Below are positions 8,045 to 16,478 of a stretch of DNA of 22,272 nucleotides, piece by piece. The notes beneath the pieces are model-generated. The model was not told the DNA's origin. It did no database searches and saw nothing but the letters and a program-made list of their open reading frames with translations. The DNA comes from an uncultured Chloroflexia bacterium (GTDB lineage Bacteria > Chloroflexota > Limnocylindria > Limnocylindrales > CSP1-4). Both the position numbers and the translations under genes were made by a program. Every line of letters starts with the position of its first letter. Position 1 is the first letter of the stretch. The stretch spans positions 1 through 22,272 of the forward strand of contig CAWHXD010000010.1 in NCBI GenBank assembly GCA_963833225.1, given 5' to 3'.

Positions 8045-8239
8045 GATGGGCAGACTCGGCGTGTCGAGACGGGAGCGATTGGGGGCGCCCGGATCGCAGC
8101 CGGGTCCCGGGAGCGACCGACGAGCCCGAGACGGCCGGGGGCCCCAGGCCCCGCGGTCCGGGCGGAGCGGCGGCTCGCGGGACCCGGTGGGCACGCCGGT
8201 CCCGCGCCGTGCTGCATCTAGGAGAGGCAGGCCCACCGC

Positions 8240-9415
8240 ATGCTCCGACTGCTCCATACGGCGGACGTCCACCTCGGCGCCCGGCACGCCGATCTGGGTG
8301 ACGCCGCCGCAGCCCAACGCGAGCGCCAGTTCGCCGCTTTCCGCGCAAGCGTGGACCTGGCGATCGCCGAGAAGGTCGATCTGTTCCTGGTCGCCGGGGA
8401 CCTGTTCGATTCCAACGTGCAGCCGCGCCGGTCAGTCGAGCGCGTCGCAGCGGAGCTCGCCAGGCTCGCGCAGTCGAAGATCCGGAGCGTGCTCGTGCCG
8501 GGCACCCACGACGTATACGACCGGTCGTCGGTCTACCGCGCATACAGCCTGTTCGCCATGGCGGGAACCCAGCCCACGGACGACATGGTCACGGTCCTGA
8601 CCCCGGAGCATCCGTGGGTCCACCTGGCCTCACTGGATGCCGTGGTCCACGGGCCGGTGTTTCCGACCAAGCGCGCCCCCTACAGCCCGCTCCGGGACCT
8701 GGCGGCGGTCCAGACCCCCGCCGCGACCTGGAAGATCGGCCTGCTCCACGCGGCGATCGCCATCCCGGGCCGGACCGACCATGACGAGGTCGTGATCACG
8801 GTCGAGGAGATCGGCGTCTCGGGCCTCGACTACCTCGCGCTCGGTCACTGGCACTCGGCGCAGGTGGCGACCAGCAAGGGCGTGACCTACGCGTACAGCG
8901 GCGCCCCGGAGCCGGTCGCGGTGGACCAGGACCGGGCCGGCAAGGTGCTGCTGGTGACGCTCGACGAGCACGACGGCAAGCGGCAGGTCAAGGTCGAGGA
9001 ACGCGTCGTCGGCCGGACCGTCTTCGATCACCTGGACGTCGACGCGGCAACGCTCGCATCGCAGCCGGCCCTCATCACCCGGCTCCAGTCGGCCGCCAAC
9101 CCCGATCTCGTGCTCGACGTGCGCCTGATCGGTGTCCGACCCGACGAGCTCGACCTCGAGCCTGCCGAGGTCGAGGCCGCCCTGAAGGACTCGTTCCTCC
9201 GCGTCCGCGTTCGGGACCAGAGCCATCCGGCGCTGACGGGCGGTGCGCTGCCTCCGGCTGAGACGATCACGGGAGCGTTCATCCGCAACGTCGAGGGCCA
9301 GATCGCGGACCTCGAGGCCTCCGGCGACGAGGTCGCTGCCCGTGAGGGCGAGGAGCTGCGCGACGTGCTCCGGCTCGGGCGGCTCCTGCTGGCGGGCCAG
9401 GAGGTGACGCTGTGA
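8240..9415 (+). CDS. Mre11/SbcD-like (YhaO-type) metallophosphoesterase, DNA repair exonuclease family
   Basis: HTADVHLG, AGDLFD, PGTHD, LLH, ALGHWH and YSGAPE motifs. AGGAGAGG upstream. Confidence 0.9.
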   Translation: MLRLLHTADVHLGARHADLGDAAAAQRERQFAAFRASVDLAIAEKVDLFLVAGDLFDSNVQPRRSVERVAAELARLAQSKIRSVLVPGTHDVYDRSSVYRAYSLFAMAGTQPTDDMVTVLTPEHPWVHLASLDAVVHGPVFPTKRAPYSPLRDLAAVQTPAATWKIGLLHAAIAIPGRTDHDEVVITVEEIGVSGLDYLALGHWHSAQVATSKGVTYAYSGAPEPVAVDQDRAGKVLLVTLDEHDGKRQVKVEERVVGRTVFDHLDVDAATLASQPALITRLQSAANPDLVLDVRLIGVRPDELDLEPAEVEAALKDSFLRVRVRDQSHPALTGGALPPAETITGAFIRNVEGQIADLEASGDEVAAREGEELRDVLRLGRLLLAGQEVTL

Positions 9416-11595
9416 GGATCTCGAGCCTGGCGCTCACCGACGTCCGGCGGTACCGGGATCAGGAGATCGAGCTCGCGCCGGGGCTCACGATCGTTCGTGG
9501 CCCGAACGAGTCCGGCAAGTCCACCCTCCAGCGCGCGATCGAGCTCGCCCTCACCCGCCGGGCGACGAGCTCCGCTGCCGATCTTGATGCGCTGGTCCCC
9601 TGGGACGGCGACGCGGAGGCGCGGCCCGCGATCGGGCTGGCGTTCACCTACGAGGACGATGACGGCGGCACCCATGCGGGTCGCCTGGCCAAGTCGTTCC
9701 GAGGCGCGAAGGGACAGGTGCGCCTGGAGCTCGATGGAACCGTGATCACCGATCCGGCGAAGGCCGAGGAGGAGCTCGCGGCGCTCTCGGGCGTGCCGAC
9801 GGAGGGCTTCTTCCGCTCCACGGCCTCGATCCGCCACCACGAGCTGGCCGGCCTTCAGCGTGATGAGGGCGCCCTCCGGGATCGGTTGCAGGCGTCGATC
9901 AGCGGTGCCGACCGTGGCACCAGCCGCGCCAAGAAGAAGCTCGATCGGGCGCTCCACGAGCTCCAGATGCGCGGTCCGAAGAACCCCGGCAGGTTGAAGG
10001 TGGCCGAGGACGCCGTGACGGACGCGGAGTCGCGCCTCGGGGCGGGCGAGGATCTGCTGGCCCGGCTGGAGCACGACCGAGACGCCCTGGTCGTGGCCCG
10101 GGGCCGCCGCTCGGAGTCCGAGACGGCGCTCGCGGAGCGACGCTCGATGCTCGAGAAGGCACGCCAGGCCGAACGCCTGGGCTCTGAGCGATCCGCGGCG
10201 AACGAGCGCTATGAGCGCTACCGGGAGGCAGTCGTCGTTCGTGATGAGATCGCCGAGCTCGAGCGCACCCACCCCTCCTCGACACCGCTGCCCGTCCTCC
10301 GTACGACGGTGGAGCGGCTGCGGACGGTGATCACGCGGATCAGCACCCTGGAACAGATGCTCGAGGGTGAGGTGCATGTCAGCTTCGACGTGCCACCCGA
10401 GGTTCGCTGGCGACATCTCTCGCGCTGGTCCCTGGTGCTGGTCGTCATCGGCATCGTGATCGCAGCCGCAGCCTTCGGCCTCGATCAGGCCGCGATCGTG
10501 GAGCTGGGAACGCTGCCGATCCTGGCTGGCGGGATCGTCGCCGCGGCCGGCCTGGTCCTCGCGTTCGTCGGGTTCTGGCGCCGCCGCAGCGACCGGATCG
10601 AGAAGCAGCTGCGAGACGTCGAGGTCGATCGCCGGCTGCGCGGGCGCTCCGACATCGAGCTCGAGCTGCGCCAGTCCGAGGCCGAGCGCGAGGATCTCCT
10701 CGGGCGGACCGGGCTGGCCGATCCCGCGCAGGCGGAGGCCATGCTCGAGGCCGAGGACAAGCACGTCACCGCCATCGAGCAGCGTCGCGCCAGGCTGTCC
10801 GGCCTGATCGCGAACGAGGCGCTCGACTCCCTGTCGATGCGCCGGGACACCGCGGCCCTCGAGATCGAGCAGAAGACCGCCGCGCTCGAGGCGCTGGGCC
10901 CGATCGCCAAGGAGCCACGCGCCCGCGAACGCCTGGAGGTGGAGGTCACCGACGCCGAGGGCACCCTGGACCGGGCGCGCGACGACGAGGCCAACGCCCG
11001 TGCCCTGGTCGAGCAGAACCCGGTCGACGCGGAGGAGGTCGCGGGTCTCGCCGAACGGCTCGCCGGCTGGAAAGACGAGCTCGCTGCCCTTCGCCGCCGC
11101 GACCAAATCTATACCCGGACCCTGTCCGAGATCGGCAATGCGGAGCAGGCCACGATGCAGCGAGCGACGCGCTATCTGGAGCGTCGGATGGTGGTGGACA
11201 TCGCGCGGATCACCGAGGGACGCTACCGCCGGGTCCGGGTTGACGACGCCAACCTCGGCATCGAGGTCTACTCGCCCGAACGGGTCGGCTGGGTCCCGGT
11301 GACCGAGCTGTCCCAGGGCACGCTCGACGTGGTCTATCTCGCCGCGCGCCTGGGGCTCGTGCGGCTGGTGACAGGGGATCGCCGGCCGCCGCTGATCCTC
11401 GACGACCCATTCGTGACCCTCGACGACGCCCGAGCGTCCCGAGCGCTCGAGCTGCTGCGCGAGCTCGCCTCGGACTTCCAGGTCATCTACCTCACCACGT
11501 CCGACCGCTATGACGGGCTGGCCGACCAGGTGGTGGAGCTGGCCGGCCCCGTGGCGGTCGACGATCACGAGCATCCCGAGGTGGCGTCTGCCTGA
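9412..11595 (+). CDS. Rad50/SbcC-like (YhaN/SbcE-type) SMC-family ATPase with two central transmembrane helices
   Basis: Walker A GPNESGKST, long coiled coils, signature LSQGT and Walker B/D-loop LILDDPFVTLD. Hydrophobic hairpin at aa ~339-389. GTGA overlap with the nuclease gene. Confidence 0.88.
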   Translation: MRISSLALTDVRRYRDQEIELAPGLTIVRGPNESGKSTLQRAIELALTRRATSSAADLDALVPWDGDAEARPAIGLAFTYEDDDGGTHAGRLAKSFRGAKGQVRLELDGTVITDPAKAEEELAALSGVPTEGFFRSTASIRHHELAGLQRDEGALRDRLQASISGADRGTSRAKKKLDRALHELQMRGPKNPGRLKVAEDAVTDAESRLGAGEDLLARLEHDRDALVVARGRRSESETALAERRSMLEKARQAERLGSERSAANERYERYREAVVVRDEIAELERTHPSSTPLPVLRTTVERLRTVITRISTLEQMLEGEVHVSFDVPPEVRWRHLSRWSLVLVVIGIVIAAAAFGLDQAAIVELGTLPILAGGIVAAAGLVLAFVGFWRRRSDRIEKQLRDVEVDRRLRGRSDIELELRQSEAEREDLLGRTGLADPAQAEAMLEAEDKHVTAIEQRRARLSGLIANEALDSLSMRRDTAALEIEQKTAALEALGPIAKEPRARERLEVEVTDAEGTLDRARDDEANARALVEQNPVDAEEVAGLAERLAGWKDELAALRRRDQIYTRTLSEIGNAEQATMQRATRYLERRMVVDIARITEGRYRRVRVDDANLGIEVYSPERVGWVPVTELSQGTLDVVYLAARLGLVRLVTGDRRPPLILDDPFVTLDDARASRALELLRELASDFQVIYLTTSDRYDGLADQVVELAGPVAVDDHEHPEVASA

Positions 11596-12457
11596 CGCCC
11601 TCGCCCCGGGCACGGCGATCGTCGTGCTCGGCCTCCTGTCGGCTGTCACCTGGGGCGCCGGCGACTTCGGCGGGGGGTTGTTGAGCCGCCGAGCCCCCCT
11701 GTTCGGCGTGATCGCCGTCACCCAAGTGACGGGCCTGGCTGCGGCCCTGGCGATCGCCCTCGCCCGCGGCGAGCGGATTCCGGAGGGCACCGACGTCGGC
11801 TGGTCGCTGGCCGCTGGTGTCTCCGGAGTGATCGGTATGTCGGCCCTGTACCGGGGGCTCGCCGTGGGCCGGATGGGTGTCGTCGCTCCGACGACCGGCG
11901 TGATCGGCGCCTCGGTGCCGGTGGTGGTCGGGTTCGCGCTCGAGGGCGTACCCCGGCCGGTCGCGGTGGCAGGGATCGTCACCGCCTTGCTGGCCGTCGT
12001 CCTCGTGACACGGTCGCCGGGCCACGCCGGGGACCGGCCGTCGGGTTTCGCCTGGGCATTGCTCGCGGGATCGTCCATCGGGTTGTTCAACATCTCGATC
12101 GGCGAGCTCTCGAGCGCGGGTGCCTTCGCTCCGTTGGTCCTGATCCGGCTCGTCCAGGCCGTGCTGGTCGTGCTGGTCGTGGTGGCGTGGCGTCAGCCCT
12201 GGCGTCTCGACGCCTGGACCCTGCGGCGAGTGCTGGTGGTCGGCCTGCTGGACACGGCAGGCAACGCATCGTTCATCGTGGCCGCGCAGACGGGGGCGCT
12301 GGCGATCGCGGCCGTCCTGAGCTCGCTGTATCCCGTGGTCACGGTGGTGCTGGCCGTGGCCCTGCTCCATGAGCGGATAACCCGCCGACACGTCGCGGGC
12401 ATCGCGCTGACCGCTGTGGCGATCGCCCTGATCAGCGTGGGAACGGCCGGACCTTAG
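11588..12457 (+). CDS. EamA/DMT-family transporter
   Basis: WGAGDFGGG, LYRGLAVGRMGVVAP and SLYPVVTVVLA..LLHERI motifs; about 10 hydrophobic segments. Start uncertain (CTG 11588 or GTG 11624). Confidence 0.88.
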   Translation: MPDALAPGTAIVVLGLLSAVTWGAGDFGGGLLSRRAPLFGVIAVTQVTGLAAALAIALARGERIPEGTDVGWSLAAGVSGVIGMSALYRGLAVGRMGVVAPTTGVIGASVPVVVGFALEGVPRPVAVAGIVTALLAVVLVTRSPGHAGDRPSGFAWALLAGSSIGLFNISIGELSSAGAFAPLVLIRLVQAVLVVLVVVAWRQPWRLDAWTLRRVLVVGLLDTAGNASFIVAAQTGALAIAAVLSSLYPVVTVVLAVALLHERITRRHVAGIALTAVAIALISVGTAGP

Positions 12458-12470
12458 CCGGCGCACGTCG

Positions 12471-12476
12471 TAGGAT
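12471..12476 (+). promoter_or_regulatory. -10 element TAGGAT, leaderless
   Basis: Lies 6 nt before GTG 12483, which gives the family-typical MRISAK N-terminus. Confidence 0.6.
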
Positions 12477-12482
12477 CGGATG

Positions 12483-12941
12483 GTGCGGATCTCGGCCAAG
12501 GTTGACTACGCGGTGCGCGCCGTGTGCGAGCTGGCGGCTCACGATGCGGATGCGCCCCTCAAGGCCGAGCAGCTGGCGAGCGCCCAGGACATCCCGCTGT
12601 CGTTCCTCAACAACATCCTGGTCGACCTCCGCCGGGCAGGGATCGTGCGATCGCTACGCGGGCAGGTGGGTGGTCATCGCCTCGCTCGCACGGCCTCCGA
12701 GGTGACCATCGCGGACATCATCCGTGCCGTGGAGGGTCCGCTCGCCGATGTGCGCGGCGTCCGGCCGGAATCGCTGTCCTTCGTCGGTCCCGCGTCCGCG
12801 CTGCGTGACGTGTGGCTGGCGAACCGCGTTGGTGTCCGACGCGTCCTCGAAGGGGTCACGATCGCCAACGTGGTCTCGGGCGAGCTGCCGCCGCACGTGC
12901 GAGAGCTGCTTCGGGATCCGGACGCGCTGGTCGCCCACTGA
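12483..12941 (+). CDS. Rrf2-family transcriptional regulator lacking the Fe-S Cys triad
   Basis: MRISAKVDYAVRA..LRRAGIVRSLRGQVGGHRLAR..TIADIIRAVEGPL; no C-terminal cysteines. Confidence 0.93.
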   Translation: MRISAKVDYAVRAVCELAAHDADAPLKAEQLASAQDIPLSFLNNILVDLRRAGIVRSLRGQVGGHRLARTASEVTIADIIRAVEGPLADVRGVRPESLSFVGPASALRDVWLANRVGVRRVLEGVTIANVVSGELPPHVRELLRDPDALVAH

Positions 12942-12957
12942 CGCGCTGGTCGCCCAC
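12921..12957. repeat. Exact 18-bp tandem duplication GACGCGCTGGTCGCCCAC spanning the Rrf2 stop
   Basis: Copies at 12921-12938 and 12940-12957, separated by one T. Confidence 0.9.
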
Positions 12958-12997
12958 GCGCCGGTCTCCGGGCCAGGGGGCTTCCAGCCCGCGCCGG

Positions 12998-13912
12998 TCA
13001 GGCGCCGAGCAGACCACGCTTGCGCCGGATCCGGTGCTCGAGCGTCCCGAACACCACCGAATCGAGGACGATCCCGATGATCAGGATGACCATCATGATC
13101 GCCAGCATCCCCTGGCTGTCGGCGAGCTCGCGGTTCACCTGGAGCAGCTGGCCGAGCGATGCCTTGTTGGCGATGACCACGATCAGCTCGCCTGCCATCA
13201 GGCTTCGCCACGCGAAGGCCCAGCCCTGCTTGAGGCCGCCGACGAAGCTCGGCATCGCGGCCGGCAGGATGACATACCGGTAAGCGTCGAGCCCGCGTGC
13301 CCCGAGCACCCGGCCAGCCCGCGTGAGGACCGGTGGGATGTGGTCGACCCCGTGGATCAGCCCGTTCGCGATCGACGGCGCGGCGCCGAGGATCACCACG
13401 AACGTGATTGCCTCCTCGCTCAGCTTGAACAGCAGGATCGCGAGCGGGAACCACGCGATCGAGGGCATGGTCTGGAGACCCATGATCAGCGAGCCGATCG
13501 CCGACCGCAGGACGCGGAACCGGGATACCAGCACCCCGATGCTGATCCCGATCGTCATCGCGAGACCGAACCCCCACACCGCCCGGCGAAGGGTCGTCCA
13601 CACCGCCAGCCACAGCCCTTCGGTCCCGAGCTCCTGCCACAGCCGGGCGAGGACCGCCGACGGGGGTGGCAGCACGTACGACGGCCGCCAGCCGGTCCAG
13701 ACCACCGCCTCCCATGCGCCAAGCACGATGGCCAGGGCGAGAAGCTTCGGCCACACGGAGGCCCAGGCGCGCCGCCCGAGGGAGGTCGTGGGGATCAGCG
13801 GCGTCTCGAGGGCGTCGAGCCCGGCAACCTCGCGGCGACCACGCGAGGGTTCCGGACCCGCGGGCACCAGTCGCGGCGACAGCCCGTGCAGCCGCGGAAG
13901 CTCAATCGCCAT
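12998..13912 (-). CDS. ABC transporter permease, SsuC/TauC/NitT family
   Basis: GLQTMPSIAWFPLA, EAA-like RAGRVLGA, LPAAMP and WRSLMAGEL. The ATG at 13912 overlaps the ATPase 3' end. Confidence 0.92.
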   Translation of the reverse strand: MAIELPRLHGLSPRLVPAGPEPSRGRREVAGLDALETPLIPTTSLGRRAWASVWPKLLALAIVLGAWEAVVWTGWRPSYVLPPPSAVLARLWQELGTEGLWLAVWTTLRRAVWGFGLAMTIGISIGVLVSRFRVLRSAIGSLIMGLQTMPSIAWFPLAILLFKLSEEAITFVVILGAAPSIANGLIHGVDHIPPVLTRAGRVLGARGLDAYRYVILPAAMPSFVGGLKQGWAFAWRSLMAGELIVVIANKASLGQLLQVNRELADSQGMLAIMMVILIIGIVLDSVVFGTLEHRIRRKRGLLGA

Positions 13913-14702
13913 GACGGGCGACCTCCTCGCGCAGCCGGGCGGTGACCCGCCGCGCCAGCGCTGCGACGTCCGGGTCCTCGATCCGGCGCGGCCGGGGGAT
14001 GGACACCGGGAACGCCTCGGCAACCCGGCCCGGGCGGCTGGTCAGGAGCACGATGCGGTCGCCCAGGCGCGCCGCCTCACGCACGTTGTGGGTCACGAAC
14101 AGGATCGTGCGTCCGGTCGCAAGCCAGATCCGCTCGAGCTCATCGTGGAGGATGTCGCGGGTCATCGCGTCGAGTGCCCCGAACGGCTCGTCCATGAGCA
14201 GTACCTCGGCGTCATGGGCGAGCGCGCGCGCAAGCGCGACCCGCTGGCGCATGCCACCGGACAGCTCGTGCGGCTGACGACGGGCGAACGTGGTCAGCTG
14301 GACGAGATCCAGCAGCTCGGCTACCCGCGCCCGTCGGACCGTGACCGGGACGTGGCGCAACCGGAGCGGCAGCTCCACGTTGCGTTCGACGCTCAGCCAC
14401 GGGAACAGGGCCGCCTCCTGGAACATGAACGACGGCTCACCCAGCCGCTCGACCGTGCCCCGGGTCGGCTGGTCCAGCCCTGCGATCACGTTGAGCAGCG
14501 TGGACTTGCCGCAGCCCGACGCTCCGAGGATGCACACGAGCTCGCCGCGGCCAACGTCCAGCGAGACGTTGTCGAGCGCCGTCACCGCGCCGCGGCCGGT
14601 CCCGAACACCTTGCTCAGGTTCGAGACGCGGACGGCCGTCGCGCGCTGGGTGGCCCCGACGCCGGGCGTGGCCGGAAGCGCCGCCAGCGCCGCGGACATC
14701 AT
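13902..14702 (-). CDS. ABC transporter ATP-binding protein, SsuB/TauB/NitT family
   Basis: GASGCGKST, FQEAALFPW, LSGGMRQR, LLMDEPFGALD and VTHN motifs. Confidence 0.95.
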   Translation of the reverse strand: MMSAALAALPATPGVGATQRATAVRVSNLSKVFGTGRGAVTALDNVSLDVGRGELVCILGASGCGKSTLLNVIAGLDQPTRGTVERLGEPSFMFQEAALFPWLSVERNVELPLRLRHVPVTVRRARVAELLDLVQLTTFARRQPHELSGGMRQRVALARALAHDAEVLLMDEPFGALDAMTRDILHDELERIWLATGRTILFVTHNVREAARLGDRIVLLTSRPGRVAEAFPVSIPRPRRIEDPDVAALARRVTARLREEVARHGD

Positions 14703-15817
14703 CGCTGCAGCCCCTCGACCTCGGGCCTGCCCAGCACCGCGAGGAGCTGGTTGAGCGGCCCGAGATCGTAGAGCCCCGCGAGGTCGCCGGGATCACCGAG
14801 CAGGCCGAGGGCCTGGGCAGCCTGGGCCGACGCCTGCAGTGACGAGGCGACCGGATCGACCGTGAACTCCAGGTTCGCCCAGGCCGCCGACATCAGCTCC
14901 GGGCTCAGCTGCTTGGTCGTGTACTTCTCGATCTCGGCGTTGACAATCGTCTGCGCCGCGGCCGGCTGCGCGGTGACGAAGTCGACGGCCTTGAGGTTGG
15001 CGAGCAGGATCCGGCGAACGACGTCCGGGTGGGCGTCCAGGAACCCCGTGCCGACCATCAGCTGGGTGGTCACGTACCGGCCGCCGGGCCACAGGTCGCG
15101 CTCGTCGACCAGGACGTGCGCACCGCCGTCCTGGATGAGTCGGGTCGCCCACGGCTCCGGCACCCAGGCCCCGTCGATCGTCCCGGCGACGAACGTCTCG
15201 AGGGTCTGCGCGTTCTCCTGGGGCACGACCGAGACGTCGCCACCGCCCGCGGTGTCCGTGGCCAGACCCTGGGACGCAAGCCAGGCGCGGAGCGCCACGT
15301 CCTGCGTGTTGCCCAGCGACGGGGTGGCGATCTTCGCTCCCCGCAGGTCAGCCGCGCTCGTGATGCCGGGCCGGACAACGAGGAACGCCCCGCCGGACGT
15401 GGAACCTGAGATCACTCGTACCGCCCTGCCGTCCGACTTGGTGTACGCGTTGATGGCGGGATTGGGCCCCACGTACGTGATGTCGATGGCGTCGCCGAAC
15501 ATGGCCTCCACCGCGGTCGTGCCCGAGTTGAACGGGTGGACCTCGATGTGGGCGTTGGGGAGCAGCCGGGCGAGCAGACCGCCGTCGGCCAGCGCGACCA
15601 AGCCCGGCGCATGGGTGATATTGGCGAAGACCCCGAAACGGACGGTGACCTCGTCGGGGAGCGGGCCAGGCGTCGCATCGACGCCCTCCTGCGTCGCCGG
15701 GGCCTGGCTGGAAGCCCCGGGGTCGGCGCCTCCCGAGCCCTGTCCGGCGCAAGCGGCAAGGATGACTGTCGCGACGATCAGCGTGCCCACCCGGCATTGC
15801 CATCCGTTCGTACCCAT
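14699..15817 (-). CDS. ABC substrate-binding lipoprotein, SsuA/TauA-like (sulfonate/nitrate family)
   Basis: Lipobox ILAAC; ANITHA, YVGPNPAIN, ATPSLGNTQDVALR and WVPEPW motifs. ATGA overlap with the ATPase gene. Confidence 0.92.
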   Translation of the reverse strand: MGTNGWQCRVGTLIVATVILAACAGQGSGGADPGASSQAPATQEGVDATPGPLPDEVTVRFGVFANITHAPGLVALADGGLLARLLPNAHIEVHPFNSGTTAVEAMFGDAIDITYVGPNPAINAYTKSDGRAVRVISGSTSGGAFLVVRPGITSAADLRGAKIATPSLGNTQDVALRAWLASQGLATDTAGGGDVSVVPQENAQTLETFVAGTIDGAWVPEPWATRLIQDGGAHVLVDERDLWPGGRYVTTQLMVGTGFLDAHPDVVRRILLANLKAVDFVTAQPAAAQTIVNAEIEKYTTKQLSPELMSAAWANLEFTVDPVASSLQASAQAAQALGLLGDPGDLAGLYDLGPLNQLLAVLGRPEVEGLQR

Positions 15818-15852
15818 GACCCGGCCCGCACCTCGAGCTACCTTTGTGGCCT

Positions 15853-15882
15853 ATTCCCATCGAGTTAGTCAAGATCGTATCA
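15853..15882 (-). promoter_or_regulatory. Extended -10 (TGA-TACGAT) overlapped and followed by an IscR/CymR-like operator ATCTTGACTAACTCGATGGGAAT
   Basis: AT-rich degenerate palindrome at 15853-15875 in very GC-rich DNA, upstream of the ABC operon; -10 at 15874-15879. Confidence 0.65.
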
Positions 15883-15913
15883 CGCGAAGCACGGGGTCGG
15901 GAGCGGACCGAGA

Positions 15914-16453
15914 TCAGCTGCTCGCCGGCGCCCGCACGACGACGAGCGCATCCACCCCGTCAGGCGCGGTGAGCCTGACCACAGTCGCGAAGCCCTCGCT
16001 GTCCAGGTGCCGACCCTCGACCGACGCACGGAGTCGGGCAAGCTGGCGATGGACGACCGCGTCGGGGACGCCGCGACCGGCTCGGGCGCGGTTTCTGGCC
16101 AGCACCAGCGTCGTGGGCAGGTCGAGCACGATCGCCACGGCCGGGACGCCGGCGGACCTGGCCAGCCCCAGGAGCGGGGACCGCGCGCGCCGGTCGACGT
16201 TCGTTGCGTCGATCACCGTGAGCCTCGCCGCCCGGAGCCGATCGGCCGTCTCCCGGTGGAGGATGGCGAACGCGGCCCCGGAGACCGACTGGTCGGCCGG
16301 GTCCCCGCTCAGGCGGGCTCGCAGCGTGTCCGAGGACAGGATCTCCTCGGGCGCGAACCGCCGGGTCGCGAACGTGGACTTACCGGCCCCGGCCGCACCG
16401 ACCAGGAGCACCAGCGAAGGATCCCGGATCAGGACGGTGGGCGTCGGACACAT
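15914..16453 (-). CDS. P-loop kinase (AAA_33), similar to the kinase module of bacterial polynucleotide kinase-phosphatase
   Basis: LVLLVGAAGAGKSTFA, ILSSD, VIDATN, RNRAR lid and EGF motifs. Confidence 0.85.
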   Translation of the reverse strand: MCPTPTVLIRDPSLVLLVGAAGAGKSTFATRRFAPEEILSSDTLRARLSGDPADQSVSGAAFAILHRETADRLRAARLTVIDATNVDRRARSPLLGLARSAGVPAVAIVLDLPTTLVLARNRARAGRGVPDAVVHRQLARLRASVEGRHLDSEGFATVVRLTAPDGVDALVVVRAPASS

Positions 16454-16478
16454 CAGGAGGGGGCCGCCGGCCCGTGGC

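Noticed and set aside
7757-8239. tRNA-Sec or SRP RNA in the large intergenic region
   Set aside because: No T-loop GTTCRA cloverleaf and no SRP helix-8 motif were found by eye.
8240-11595. Assignment to a known SMC-based defence system (Wadjet, Lamassu)
   Set aside because: There are no kleisin, KITE, JetD or LmuC-type partners. The flanks are housekeeping genes with no GC shift or mobility genes.
9028-12093. 1021-aa antisense ORF and other long overlapping ORFs (37-1539, 14862-16529, 16453-18999, 19039-21204)
   Set aside because: These are shadow frames of real genes, expected in high-GC DNA with few stop codons, and carry no family motifs.
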